27,058 bases of DNA from Planctomycetota bacterium (GTDB taxonomy: Bacteria; Planctomycetota; Phycisphaerae; Phycisphaerales; UBA1924). The notes beneath the pieces are model-generated. The model was not told where the DNA came from. It saw only the letters and a program-made list of their open reading frames with translations, and searched no databases. The translations under genes were made by a program, and so were the position numbers. The stretch spans positions 1-27,058 of the forward strand of contig JAEYVB010000369.1 of the NCBI GenBank assembly GCA_023429345.1, read 5' to 3'. Of this stretch, positions 17,018 to 25,597 are shown one piece after another (the stretch's first letter is position 1; each line of letters opens with the position of its first letter).

Positions 17018-18229
17018 CTAGAACTCGCGCCGCCGGAAGACCCACAGCATCAGCAGGAGCATGACCCCCTCGAACGCCAGGGAGGTCCCGACGATCCATC
17101 CCAGGGTCCGGGAGCGGAGCCGGGTCTCTAGCCGCTTGGCCATGGTCTTCTGGCTGACGCGGATGTCGTCCTCCTCGCCGACCGTCGGCATCGGCTCATC
17201 ATCCCCGGCGTTGCGGAACCGCTCCATGTCTTCCCTGGAGAGCAGCGAACGGTCCAGGAGCTTGATGGTTTCGGAGGTCTTGGGCAACACCGTCTTGACG
17301 CCGAAGAAGATGCCGTGCCAGCGGTCGAGGCTCTTGACAGTTGAGCGGTTGTTGACCAGCTGCTCCTCGCGGCGCTTGAGGTCGGCCGAGGTCTTCTGCA
17401 TCGCGAGCATCGCGCCGGCCGCCCGCAGATCGGTGGGCGTCTCGCCCGAGGCCTCGCCCTCGGGCTGCTTCGTCTGGTCGACCAGCTCCCGCTGCTTGGC
17501 CTCCTGCGCTTTCAGCGACTCGATGCGCGCCTCGATCTGCTGCCCCCGGAGGATCGACCCCTCGCGGAACATCAGGAGCGACTGCTCGGTCATATTGACG
17601 CCCCCGATGAGGACCCAGAAGAGGATCGTCAGGAGCAGGGCCGCGACCGTGGACCGCGTGAGGAGCCCCAGGAGGGCGCACACGCTGTAGAGGTAGCTGA
17701 AGAACAGCAGCAGGATCGGGATCGCCAGGAAGATCGCCGGCTCCCACGAGTGGCCCCGTATGCCGATCACCAGGAACGACGCCGCGGAGAACACCGCCAC
17801 CTGCAGCCCCGCGAAGGTGAGCCCGGCGAGGTACTTGGTGAGGATCAGCCGGGCGCGGCCGATGGGCTTGGAGACCGCCAGCTCGATGGAACCCCCCTGC
17901 ACGAACTCCGGGATCATCCCCGCCGTCGAGACCAGCCCGAGAATCGTCGCGCCCCACGCCAGCCAGAACGGGATCGCCATCGTAGCGAACACGAACTTGT
18001 AGAACAGTTCCGGCTTCAGCACCCGGGCGTTCAGCGGGCTGTCGATGGTCCACCACAGGAACGTGACGCCCCGGTCGTTGAGCCCCACGGCGGCGAAGGC
18101 GGCGACCACCAGCCCCGAGAGCCCCAGCGTGATCCAGAAGAGCTTGCGGGCGTTGAGCTCGCGGTAGGCATCCACGAACATCGCGACGCTCTGGCGCGTG
18201 AACATCGAGAATGCGGAGGGGGTGCTCAC
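17018..18229 (-). CDS. ABC-2 type transporter permease with coiled-coil insert
   Basis: About 6 TM segments; GSIELAVSKPIGRARLILTKYLAG motif; C-terminal FRRREF; start overlaps the ATPase stop by 4 nt. Confidence 0.88.
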   Translation of the reverse strand: MSTPSAFSMFTRQSVAMFVDAYRELNARKLFWITLGLSGLVVAAFAAVGLNDRGVTFLWWTIDSPLNARVLKPELFYKFVFATMAIPFWLAWGATILGLVSTAGMIPEFVQGGSIELAVSKPIGRARLILTKYLAGLTFAGLQVAVFSAASFLVIGIRGHSWEPAIFLAIPILLLFFSYLYSVCALLGLLTRSTVAALLLTILFWVLIGGVNMTEQSLLMFREGSILRGQQIEARIESLKAQEAKQRELVDQTKQPEGEASGETPTDLRAAGAMLAMQKTSADLKRREEQLVNNRSTVKSLDRWHGIFFGVKTVLPKTSETIKLLDRSLLSREDMERFRNAGDDEPMPTVGEEDDIRVSQKTMAKRLETRLRSRTLGWIVGTSLAFEGVMLLLMLWVFRRREF

Positions 18230-19329
18230 GGGCGGCCCCCCGCCCCGCCGCGGTCGGCCCCGGGCCTGAGCGTCTCGCCGGTGTTCGGGTCGGTCACCGC
18301 CTGCATGAAGAGGTCCTCGAGGCTGGGGCGGAAGGGCCGGATGGCGCGGATCAGCGCCCGCCGCTCGCGCAACGCGTCGATCAGGGGCTGGATCGGCTCG
18401 GGATCGCTCGTCCCCACCCGGATGACGTTGTGGTCGATCTCGATCGAGTGCCCGCTGGCGAGCTCCCCCCGGTACCCGACGCGCCGGGCGAGCGCTCCCC
18501 CGATCGCCGCCACCGCGCCCGGCCCCGCATCCCCGGGCCCGAGCTCGCGGCCCAGCAGCGATATCGGCAGCAGCCTCCGGATCTCCTCCGGCGAGGCCTG
18601 GAGCTCCGGCATCGCCAGCTCGATGATGTAGTGCCGCTGGTGCGTCGTCAGCTCGTCAATCGTCCCCTGCTGCGCCACCACCCCCTTGACCAGGATCGCC
18701 ACCCGGTCGCACACCATCTCCAGCTCGCTGAGCAGGTGGCTGTTGAGGAAGACGGTGCGGCCCTCCTCCTTCATACGCAGGCAGATGTTGCGGATATCGC
18801 GCCGGCCCACGGGGTCCACGCCGTCGGTGGGCTCATCCAGCAGCACGATCTCGGGGTCGTTCACCAGCGCCTGGGCGATCCCGATGCGCTGCCGCATGCC
18901 CTTGGAGTAGCTGCGCACACGCTTTCTCGCCCAGTCGCGCATGCCGACCAGGTCTAACAGTTCCCCGGCGTGGCGGCGGCGCGTGGGGCGGTCCACGCCG
19001 TTCATGGCGCCGTAGAAATCGATCACCTGCGAGCCGGTGAGGTAATCAGGGAAGCGGTGGTGCTCCGGCAGGTAGCCGACGCGGGCAAGGGTGGGCTTGA
19101 AGCCGACAGCGCTCCCCAGCAGCGTGCCCTCGCAGCGGCTCGGCCGGATCACCGTCATCAGGATCTTGACCAGCGTGCTCTTGCCCGCGCCGTTGGGGCC
19201 CAGCAGCCCGAAGATCTCCCCCCGCCGCACGTGCATCTGGATGCCGCGGAGCGCGTGCACCCTCCCTCGCCCCCTGCCGTAGGTCTTGGCGACATGGTCG
19301 AGATGGATGGCGAGGTCGTCGGGGTTCAT
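18226..19329 (-). CDS. ABC transporter ATP-binding protein
   Basis: Walker A GPNGAGKS, signature YSKGMRQR, Walker B LLDEP, H-loop SHLL, C-terminal SLEDLF. Confidence 0.96.
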   Translation of the reverse strand: MNPDDLAIHLDHVAKTYGRGRGRVHALRGIQMHVRRGEIFGLLGPNGAGKSTLVKILMTVIRPSRCEGTLLGSAVGFKPTLARVGYLPEHHRFPDYLTGSQVIDFYGAMNGVDRPTRRRHAGELLDLVGMRDWARKRVRSYSKGMRQRIGIAQALVNDPEIVLLDEPTDGVDPVGRRDIRNICLRMKEEGRTVFLNSHLLSELEMVCDRVAILVKGVVAQQGTIDELTTHQRHYIIELAMPELQASPEEIRRLLPISLLGRELGPGDAGPGAVAAIGGALARRVGYRGELASGHSIEIDHNVIRVGTSDPEPIQPLIDALRERRALIRAIRPFRPSLEDLFMQAVTDPNTGETLRPGADRGGAGGRP

Positions 19330-19530
19330 CGGTTCACCACGGCGGAGCGAAGGGGCTGCCAGGCGGGGGGCGGGGCATAAGGCTGCACATTCTTAGGCGG
19401 AGGGGACCCCTGATTGCGTCGATCCCGGAACTCGCCGCTCCCGGCCGCAACCCGGGAAGGTGAGCCGCCCTTTTTGTCCGCGCGTTAGCTTCCAAGACCG
19501 AAGTGGCGGACGCCATCCGGAGAGTCGGGC

Positions 19531-21333
19531 TCACTCGTCCGAAAGGTTCACGATGTGGCGACCGGGCCCCACATCCCGGAGCTCCTTCCGCAGGGCCCCG
19601 CACTCGATCGTGATCAGATCCGCCCGCCCCGCTCGGCCAATCCCGAAATGCACCAAGTACTCGTGCTGCTTCCCCGCGTGGCCGCCGGGGCCGACGAGCT
19701 GCCGAACGAGCCTCACCGCCGGCGTCGCCGGGTCGGCGTCCAGGTCCACGGTCGCCTCGACCACCGCGCCCAGGCACTCCGTGCTCACGCCCGCCGCGGG
19801 ATCCCCCCGGAGCACCAGCGTGATCGACCCCGGGCCGGCATCGCCCCGCCGCTCGACCGCCTGGTTCAGGTAGACCTTGAGCGCCGGTGTCCGGTCCCCA
19901 ATCTGCGCGGCCGAGAGCCGGTTGAACGATTGCCCGACCAGGATGTCGAGGTCGCCATCGAGATCCACATCGCCCAGCGAGATCTGCTGCGAGCCCTCGT
20001 GGTCGAGCCCGGAGGCCTCGGTCTCATCCTTGAACGTCCCGTCCTCCCGCTGCCGGAAGAGCCGCAGCCGCTGGTTGTCGGGGTAGTCCCCGCTCGAGAG
20101 CAGCAGGTCCAGCCGCCCGTCGTGATCGAAATCCGCCAGCTCGCAGAAGAGATCGCCCTGGTTCCAGTTGTTCACCCCCGCGGGGATGCGGTCGACGCTC
20201 AGCCGCGCGGACGATTCGAACCGACCGGCGATCCCTTCCCGCGGCCCGCGCTCCGTGCCATTGATCAGGAAGCGGGAGCGGTCCGAGGATTCCCCCGCCC
20301 ACCCGTGGGTGATCTCCGAGATGAACACGTCGAAGTCGCCGTCGCTATCGATATCGCCGACGGCCGCGTCGAAGGTGTTGCCGTTGGCGCGGTAAGGCTT
20401 CTCATCCTCGCGGTCGAATCGCGGGTCGGTCTTGGCGCGTTCCTTGAGCCACTCCGGGTACCGCCCGTGGCGTACGGCGTCGCCGTCGAAGCCGGTCTGC
20501 GGCGCGATGTCCTTGTACTCGCCCCCGAGCACACCAGGCAGATCGGGCGTGAGCAGCCGGTTCCAACGGCGGCCGTAGTTGAGCTCGAGGATCTCCGGCC
20601 GCGGCCCGCCGGCGAGGTGCGCGATCATCACGCCGTAGGTCGGCCGCCCGCCCGAGTCCGTCTCCTCGTCAAAACCCGGCCCCTCCACGCCGGGGTCCCA
20701 CGCCTCGTAGCGCAGGCCGCCATCCTCCATGCGCCCCCGCAGCACCGTGTTCGGGAACGCCTCGTTGCTCGCCCCGTACCTCGTGTACCAGTTGCCGATC
20801 ACGATGTCGAGCACGCCGTCGGCGTCGAGGTCCCCCACAGCCACGCACGCGCTCGTCGCCGCCGCGGCCGCGTCGATCGGGATCGGCTCCCCGAACGTCC
20901 CGTCGCCGTTCCCGGGCAGCCAGCAGGTGCGATCGGGCGCGGGCGGCGGCTCGTGCTTCTCGTTGTTGATGTCGAGGTAGCGCACGAAGAGCGCATCGCG
21001 GCGGCCGTCGCTATCGAGATCGGCGAACACGAGCAGATCCCCCGCGCGCGGCGCCGGCAGGTTGTGGTCCGTGGTCTCGACCAGGCGGAAGCCCGGCGCC
21101 TCGCCCGCCGGATGGTTCAGGTAGACGCGGTAACGGTCGGGCCCGCCGCTCTCGATCCCGCGGATGATCGCGTCGGGTCGTCCGTCGCCGTTCACATCCG
21201 CCAGCGCGACGCGCGTGCCGTTCAGACCGGCGAGGCCGATGGCCTCGGTCGCATCCCGGAAGACGGTCTGCGCCGTGGTGCCGGCCGCAAGCGCGGCGAA
21301 GGCGAACGGAACTGCGAGCAATCGCTGGTGCAT
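19531..21333 (-). CDS. Secreted CRTAC1-like FG-GAP/VCBS repeat protein with ASPIC/UnbV-like C-terminus
   Basis: Start at ATG 21333 (signal peptide ..AGTTA|Q). Six DxDxDGxxD repeats (DVNGDGRPD, DLDSDGRRD, DLDADGVLD, DIDSDGDFD, DFDHDGRLD, DVDLDGDLD); C-terminal GAVV..VHFGIG. Confidence 0.88.
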   Translation of the reverse strand: MHQRLLAVPFAFAALAAGTTAQTVFRDATEAIGLAGLNGTRVALADVNGDGRPDAIIRGIESGGPDRYRVYLNHPAGEAPGFRLVETTDHNLPAPRAGDLLVFADLDSDGRRDALFVRYLDINNEKHEPPPAPDRTCWLPGNGDGTFGEPIPIDAAAAATSACVAVGDLDADGVLDIVIGNWYTRYGASNEAFPNTVLRGRMEDGGLRYEAWDPGVEGPGFDEETDSGGRPTYGVMIAHLAGGPRPEILELNYGRRWNRLLTPDLPGVLGGEYKDIAPQTGFDGDAVRHGRYPEWLKERAKTDPRFDREDEKPYRANGNTFDAAVGDIDSDGDFDVFISEITHGWAGESSDRSRFLINGTERGPREGIAGRFESSARLSVDRIPAGVNNWNQGDLFCELADFDHDGRLDLLLSSGDYPDNQRLRLFRQREDGTFKDETEASGLDHEGSQQISLGDVDLDGDLDILVGQSFNRLSAAQIGDRTPALKVYLNQAVERRGDAGPGSITLVLRGDPAAGVSTECLGAVVEATVDLDADPATPAVRLVRQLVGPGGHAGKQHEYLVHFGIGRAGRADLITIECGALRKELRDVGPGRHIVNLSDE

Positions 21334-21397
21334 CCCGCGCAGTCTACTTCGGCACAAGCCTCCGAGGGCGCTTGCGAGACCCGAAAGGGGGCCGGAA

Positions 21398-21769
21398 TCA
21401 CCGGTCCCGGACGATTCGCCAATCCGAGAACAGCCAGAAGAACGCGCCGAGGTAGGTCGCCACCACCGCAAAGATCGCCGGCGGCGCCCAGGAGGGCAGC
21501 GGCATCTTGCTCGCCTGCAGGTACAGGCTGCCCCCGACAATGACCACCCAGGCCAGCCGCAACCCCTTCCTCGTTATATGCAGGTGGTCGACCAGCACGT
21601 GCCGCCCGGGGTACGGCGCCAGGAACCCGCCGAGCACCACCCCCAGCAACAGGAAGTCGCCGTTCCGGGCCGCCCCGACGCTGATAAGAGCGAAAACGAG
21701 CAACACAGCGGCGGTCAAGCCCGCGCTCAGGAGCCCAGCGTTCCTCACGAACCGGCGCAATCGAACCAT
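21398..21769 (-). CDS. Small hypothetical membrane protein (about 4 TM)
   Basis: 123 aa, four hydrophobic segments, co-oriented with neighbours and filling the gap; TAGCTT-N6-ATG upstream. Confidence 0.7.
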   Translation of the reverse strand: MVRLRRFVRNAGLLSAGLTAAVLLVFALISVGAARNGDFLLLGVVLGGFLAPYPGRHVLVDHLHITRKGLRLAWVVIVGGSLYLQASKMPLPSWAPPAIFAVVATYLGAFFWLFSDWRIVRDR

Positions 21770-21812
21770 GCCGCGAAGCTACCGCGCCGCGGCCGCGACC
21801 GCAACGGACGCC

Positions 21813-22778
21813 TCAGGCGGAGCCGACGGGCTCGCTGGCGCGGAGCACTCGCCGGGCGTACTCGTTCATGGCGTCCCGCAGCTGCTCGAAACTCTCCAGC
21901 ACATAGTAGATCGGCTGGTAATGGTCGATCTCGAACGCCGTCTCGCAGATGCGCTCGAGATCGAACGGACGCCAGACCGCCTGCTCCCTCGGCGTGCAGT
22001 CCTCGACCCGGTCGGTCTTCGTCTCCCAGCGGCCCTGGAGGGCGTACTGGCTCTCGGCGTGGCTGCTCACCAGCCCGCTCCCGTAGATCTTGACCTCCCC
22101 ATCCTCGCGGATGAGCCCGAACTCCACGGTGAACCAGAAGAGCCGCCCCAGCCGCTCCACATCCCGGGGGTCCTCGCACATCAGCGCCGCCTTGCCGTAC
22201 GTCTGCAGGAAGTCCGCGAAGACCCGCAGCGTGTGCAGGGGCACGTGCCCGAAGACGTCGTGGAAGATGTCCGGCTCCGGCAGGTAGTCCATCACCTCGC
22301 GCGGGCGGATGAGCACCGTCGTCGGGAACTCCCGCTGCGCCAGGGACGCAAAGAACGCCTTCGCCGGCAGGTACCCGGGCACGCCGTAGCTCGCCCAGTT
22401 GCTCTGCGCCTGCAGGAAACGGTTGATCCCGTCGAGCCGCGTCCCCTTCTTCACCACCGTGCCGCCCGCGATCTCGATATCCCGGTCCAGCACCTGGTCG
22501 TCCAGCAGCGGCAGCCGGTCGCGCGTCAGCCGCAGGATCTTCATCCCCTCGATGAACTGCCGCGAGACCTGCTTCTCCAGCACCGTCCACCGACGGTCGA
22601 AAAGATCCCGCCACACGTCGTGGTTCTCGCGCGTGTACTTGTGGTAGTGCTGCGTGATGTAGAACCGGTCCGCGTCGATCTCCGACGCCGGGAGGTTCGG
22701 CGCGTTATCCGCCGCGGCCTGCGCGATCCGCGCCTCGTCACCATCGATGATGTCGTTGTATCGGATGTCCGCGCGCAT
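21813..22778 (-). CDS. phhA: Phenylalanine 4-monooxygenase (pterin-dependent aromatic amino acid hydroxylase)
   Basis: DYLPEPDIFHDVFGHVP (two Fe-ligand His), RLFWFTVEFGL (Glu ligand), IYGSGLVSS, YQPIYYVLESFEQL. ATG 22778 with SD GGGAGG and upstream TACAAT (22806-22801). Confidence 0.9.
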   Translation of the reverse strand: MRADIRYNDIIDGDEARIAQAAADNAPNLPASEIDADRFYITQHYHKYTRENHDVWRDLFDRRWTVLEKQVSRQFIEGMKILRLTRDRLPLLDDQVLDRDIEIAGGTVVKKGTRLDGINRFLQAQSNWASYGVPGYLPAKAFFASLAQREFPTTVLIRPREVMDYLPEPDIFHDVFGHVPLHTLRVFADFLQTYGKAALMCEDPRDVERLGRLFWFTVEFGLIREDGEVKIYGSGLVSSHAESQYALQGRWETKTDRVEDCTPREQAVWRPFDLERICETAFEIDHYQPIYYVLESFEQLRDAMNEYARRVLRASEPVGSA

Positions 22779-22893
22779 GGAAAACCTCCCTGTCGACGAC
22801 ATTGTAGAGCCGCAAACAGCCCCCGGGCCGCCCGGGGCCCGCGGCTGAACCCCCGGAAACAACCCCCTTTCCACCCCCGTCCGCGCCCGCGGG

Positions 22894-23364
22894 TCACTCG
22901 CGCAGCACCAGCCAGTCCGGCAGCGGCCGGACCTTCCCGTCCCTCCCCACGCACACCAGCGTCGTCGCGGCCGTGGTCACCGCCATCCCGGGCTCCCGCG
23001 CCCCCCGCCCCGCGGCGTGCCCGCCATCCTCGACGACCACCACCTCGTACACATGCTCGAGCTTCACGCGGCTGCCGCCCGACACTTTGGTCCGCACCTC
23101 TACCACATCGTCGTAGTACACCGGCCGCCGGTAGCTGCACTCGAGCTTGGTGATCACCAGGAAGACCCCCGCCTTCTCCATGTCGGCGTAGCTCACCCCC
23201 GTGTCCCGCAGCAGCTCCGTCCGCCCGATCTCCAGCCACGGCGCGTAGGCCGCGTGGTGGACGACGCCCATCGGGTCGCACTCGCAGTAGCGGACGCGGA
23301 TGCGGACGCTCCCCTCGCGCTGCGGCGGGCGCGAGGGCGTGTTCATCGGGATCGCAGAGCTCAT
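22894..23364 (-). CDS. Acyl-CoA thioesterase, YbgC/4HBT hot-dog family
   Basis: IRVRYCECDPMGVVHHAAYAPWLEIGRTELL..YRRPVYYDD. Start uncertain (ATG 23364 or 23346). Confidence 0.9.
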   Translation of the reverse strand: MSSAIPMNTPSRPPQREGSVRIRVRYCECDPMGVVHHAAYAPWLEIGRTELLRDTGVSYADMEKAGVFLVITKLECSYRRPVYYDDVVEVRTKVSGGSRVKLEHVYEVVVVEDGGHAAGRGAREPGMAVTTAATTLVCVGRDGKVRPLPDWLVLRE

Positions 23365-23379
23365 CCTCAACAATAGCGA

Positions 23380-23808
23380 TCAGCCCGGAGATGACCCCAG
23401 ACGCCCCCGGATGCGGGCCGATACCCCGAGCATCTCCTCCTCGTCCGCGTACCCCGTCCGGGGCCAGAAGAACCCCTTGAGCCCGTCCCCCTTGGTCCGC
23501 GGCACCACGTGGATGTGCAGGTGCGGCACGCTCTGGCTCACCCGGTTGTTCATGGCGACAAATGTTCCCTCCGCGCCCATCGCATCCCGCACCGCCGCGC
23601 TCAGCCGCCGCGCTGCCCCAAACAGCGGACCCACCATCTCCTCCGGCAGGTCCGCGAGCGTCTCCACGTGCGCACGCGGGATCAGGAGCACATGGCCCTT
23701 GAACAGCGGCCGCCGGTCCAGGAACGCCAGCACGCCCGGCTCATCCAGCACCATCGCGCCCGCCGCACGCCCCGCCGCGATCTCGCAGAATGCACACGCC
23801 TTGCTCAT
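23380..23808 (-). CDS. HIT family nucleotide hydrolase
   Basis: CAFCEI, AFLDRRP..GHVLLIPRAH, QSVPHLHIHVVPR histidine triad; start moved to ATG 23808. Confidence 0.94.
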   Translation of the reverse strand: MSKACAFCEIAAGRAAGAMVLDEPGVLAFLDRRPLFKGHVLLIPRAHVETLADLPEEMVGPLFGAARRLSAAVRDAMGAEGTFVAMNNRVSQSVPHLHIHVVPRTKGDGLKGFFWPRTGYADEEEMLGVSARIRGRLGSSPG

Positions 23809-23840
23809 GATTCCAATGTAGCACCGCCGAAGCCGACGAC

Positions 23841-23876
23841 GAAAAGCACGCGGACCGCGCAAACGGCCCGCGTGCT
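23841..23876 (-). terminator. Intrinsic terminator (minus strand)
   Basis: AGCACGCGGGCCG-TTTGCG-CGGTCCGCGTGCT followed by TTTCGT; 13-bp stem whose single G-U pair works only on the minus strand. Confidence 0.75.
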
Positions 23877-24008
23877 GTCTTGGTCCGTGCCGGGAGTGAA
23901 TCGGCACGGCGTGTGTGGCTCACATGTTCGTTCGCGTCAGTCGGCGCTGCTCCTCGGCGCACGGCCCGGTCTCCCGGCCCGCCCCCCTTCCGCTGCCCCC
24001 GCCACCAT
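23841..24008 (-). ncRNA. Candidate small RNA (or leaderless 23-aa peptide mRNA)
   Basis: Lies between the ECF-like promoter and the terminator; contains an 8-bp hairpin (23885-23892/23902-23909). No family recognised. Confidence 0.3.
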
Positions 24009-24012
24009 CTGC

Positions 24013-24040
24013 TTACGGTCGACCTTCCCTCCGGGTTGCA
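24013..24040 (-). promoter_or_regulatory. Putative ECF-sigma promoter
   Basis: TGCAAC (24040-24035), N17, CGTAA (24017-24013); fits the general ECF AAC-N16/17-CGT consensus. Confidence 0.45.
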
Positions 24041-24111
24041 CGTCTTCTCAAATCTTCATCATGCCGTGCTTTGCCGCCCCCGCCGCCGCGCTCGACCCCG
24101 CGCCCGCAAAC

Positions 24112-24207
24112 TCACGGGCACCCCGCGGCGAACCGCCCCAGGAAGCACGTGAAGTCGGCCACGTTCAGCACCGGCGCGGCCGTGCTGTCATCGCAGTTGG
24201 CGTAGCA
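24112..24207 (-). repeat. Dockerin-like module, half-length copy 6
   Basis: 96 nt, 31 aa plus stop; one repeat only. Confidence 0.9.
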
Positions 24208-25296
24208 AGCGGGCGCCGGGCTAAGCGGCCGCAGCACCCAGGCCCGCGAGCTGCCCCAGTTGGGCCCGTAGTGCCCATCGCCGATGATCCATCCCTGCTC
24301 GTTGACCTCGAGCGCCCGGTCGAGAATGAACCCCGCCGGCACGCCCTGCGCCAGCGCGTTCAAGTCGCGCGTGCCACGAAGCGCATCCCACACGAACGCG
24401 TGGTGCGTCCCCGAGAGGTTTGGGTCGTACCCCGCGTAGCCCACCACCACGCCGGCATCGTTGATCCCCTGCGGGTGTACATCCACGTTGCTCGCCCCGC
24501 CGATCCCGTCGAAGAACGTGAACCCCGAGGCCTCCGACCAGATAAACCCGTCGCGGAACAGGTCATCCTGCCGGTACTCCCCCGTCACCACCCCCGCCGC
24601 GTTGATATCCCGCGCCATCAGCCAGATCGTCTGCCCCGATGGCGGCTGCGGCAGGCGCGAGCTCAGCACCGTGTACGCGCCCGTGCTCGTGTCGTAGGTG
24701 TACCCGTCCGGCATCCCCGCCCCGTACCGGATGACCCCGGCGGCCACCCCCGCGCTGTTGATCCGCCGCAGGTCCTTGGCCCCCGGGACCAGCACCTCGC
24801 GCACCCCGCTCACCGCATCCCACACCCACGGGAACTGGTTCAGCCCGCTCGAGTTGGAGCAGTTGCAGGTGAGCACCGTCCCCACCACGACACCCGAGTC
24901 GTTGATGTCCGCCGCCGACACCCCCGGGTACCCGCCCGGCGGCGTGGGGATCGTCGCCAGCGCTGCGCCCGCCCCGAGATCAAACACCAGGTTCCCGCCC
25001 ACCACCAGCCCGGCGTTGTTCACCCCCCGCGGCCAGGTCATCGCGTCCAGCGGGACCTTCTCCGTCGCGGCGGTCCATGTGAGCCCGCTGTAGGTGATGC
25101 TCGTCCCGTTGGGGACCTGGTACTCCCGCGTCGAAGTCCCGCAGGCCAGCCCCTGGTCGTTGATGTCCCACAGGTAGCACTCGCGCAGCCCGTAGTTGAG
25201 GGAGAACGCCTCCACGAGGATGAACTCATACTCCGCCTGGGCCCGCGCAGCCCCCGCCGCCGCCAGCACCGCACCGATCGAGAGCAGCCACTTCAT
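24112..25296 (-). CDS. Secreted HAF-like extracellular repeat protein with single-repeat GC-type dockerin-like C-terminus
   Basis: ATG 25296 with SD AAGGAG; signal peptide ..AARA|Q; seven xIN[DNSAE]xGxxxG-type repeats, HAFVWD, DLNAL; ends CYANCDDSTAAPVLNVADFTCFLGRFAAGCP. Confidence 0.9.
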   Translation of the reverse strand: MKWLLSIGAVLAAAGAARAQAEYEFILVEAFSLNYGLRECYLWDINDQGLACGTSTREYQVPNGTSITYSGLTWTAATEKVPLDAMTWPRGVNNAGLVVGGNLVFDLGAGAALATIPTPPGGYPGVSAADINDSGVVVGTVLTCNCSNSSGLNQFPWVWDAVSGVREVLVPGAKDLRRINSAGVAAGVIRYGAGMPDGYTYDTSTGAYTVLSSRLPQPPSGQTIWLMARDINAAGVVTGEYRQDDLFRDGFIWSEASGFTFFDGIGGASNVDVHPQGINDAGVVVGYAGYDPNLSGTHHAFVWDALRGTRDLNALAQGVPAGFILDRALEVNEQGWIIGDGHYGPNWGSSRAWVLRPLSPAPACYANCDDSTAAPVLNVADFTCFLGRFAAGCP

Positions 25297-25411
25297 GGGA
25301 GAGTCTCCTTGGACTACCCCCCATGCGTGCAATCCCGGTGCCCTCCATCACCGCCCGCGCAGGCGGCCAGACGGAGCCACGCCCGGCCAGCAACGGCCAT
25401 CCCCCGCCGCC

Positions 25412-25597
25412 TTACGGGCACGCGGCCGCGAACGCCTGCAGGAAGCAGGTGAAGTCCGCCACGTTGAGGACCGGCGGCGTCGTGCTCTGGTCGCAGTTGG
25501 CGTAGCTCTCCCCGCCCGCGAACCGCTGCAGGAAGCACGTAAAGTCCGCCACGTTCAGCACCGGCGTCTGGGTCGACCCGTCGCAGTTCGCGTAGCA
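25412..25597 (-). repeat. Dockerin-like module, copy 7
   Basis: 186 nt; CYANCDGSTQTPVLNVADFTCFLQRFAGG-ESYANCD...FAAACP. Confidence 0.9.

Noticed and set aside
19330..19530. Possible riboswitch or ncRNA upstream of the ABC ATPase (GACGCAA..CCTAA resembles part of c-di-GMP-I)
   Set aside because: Lacks the GGCAAAC/GNRA P2 arm and convincing stems; Rfam cmscan would settle it.
21398..23808. HIT-thioesterase-phhA-membrane protein as a biosynthetic cluster
   Set aside because: No scaffold-forming enzyme, and each gene appears to have its own -10 element, which argues against a dedicated operon.
19555..25452. Long + strand ORFs (662, 548, 647 aa)
   Set aside because: Antisense to well-supported minus-strand genes; low-complexity translations.
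2372..25597. Repeated ~90/186-nt DNA as CRISPR, REP/MITE or DGR template/variable repeats
   Set aside because: All copies are in-frame coding 3' ends, dispersed, with no spacers, terminal inverted repeats, cas or reverse transcriptase genes, and no non-coding template copy.
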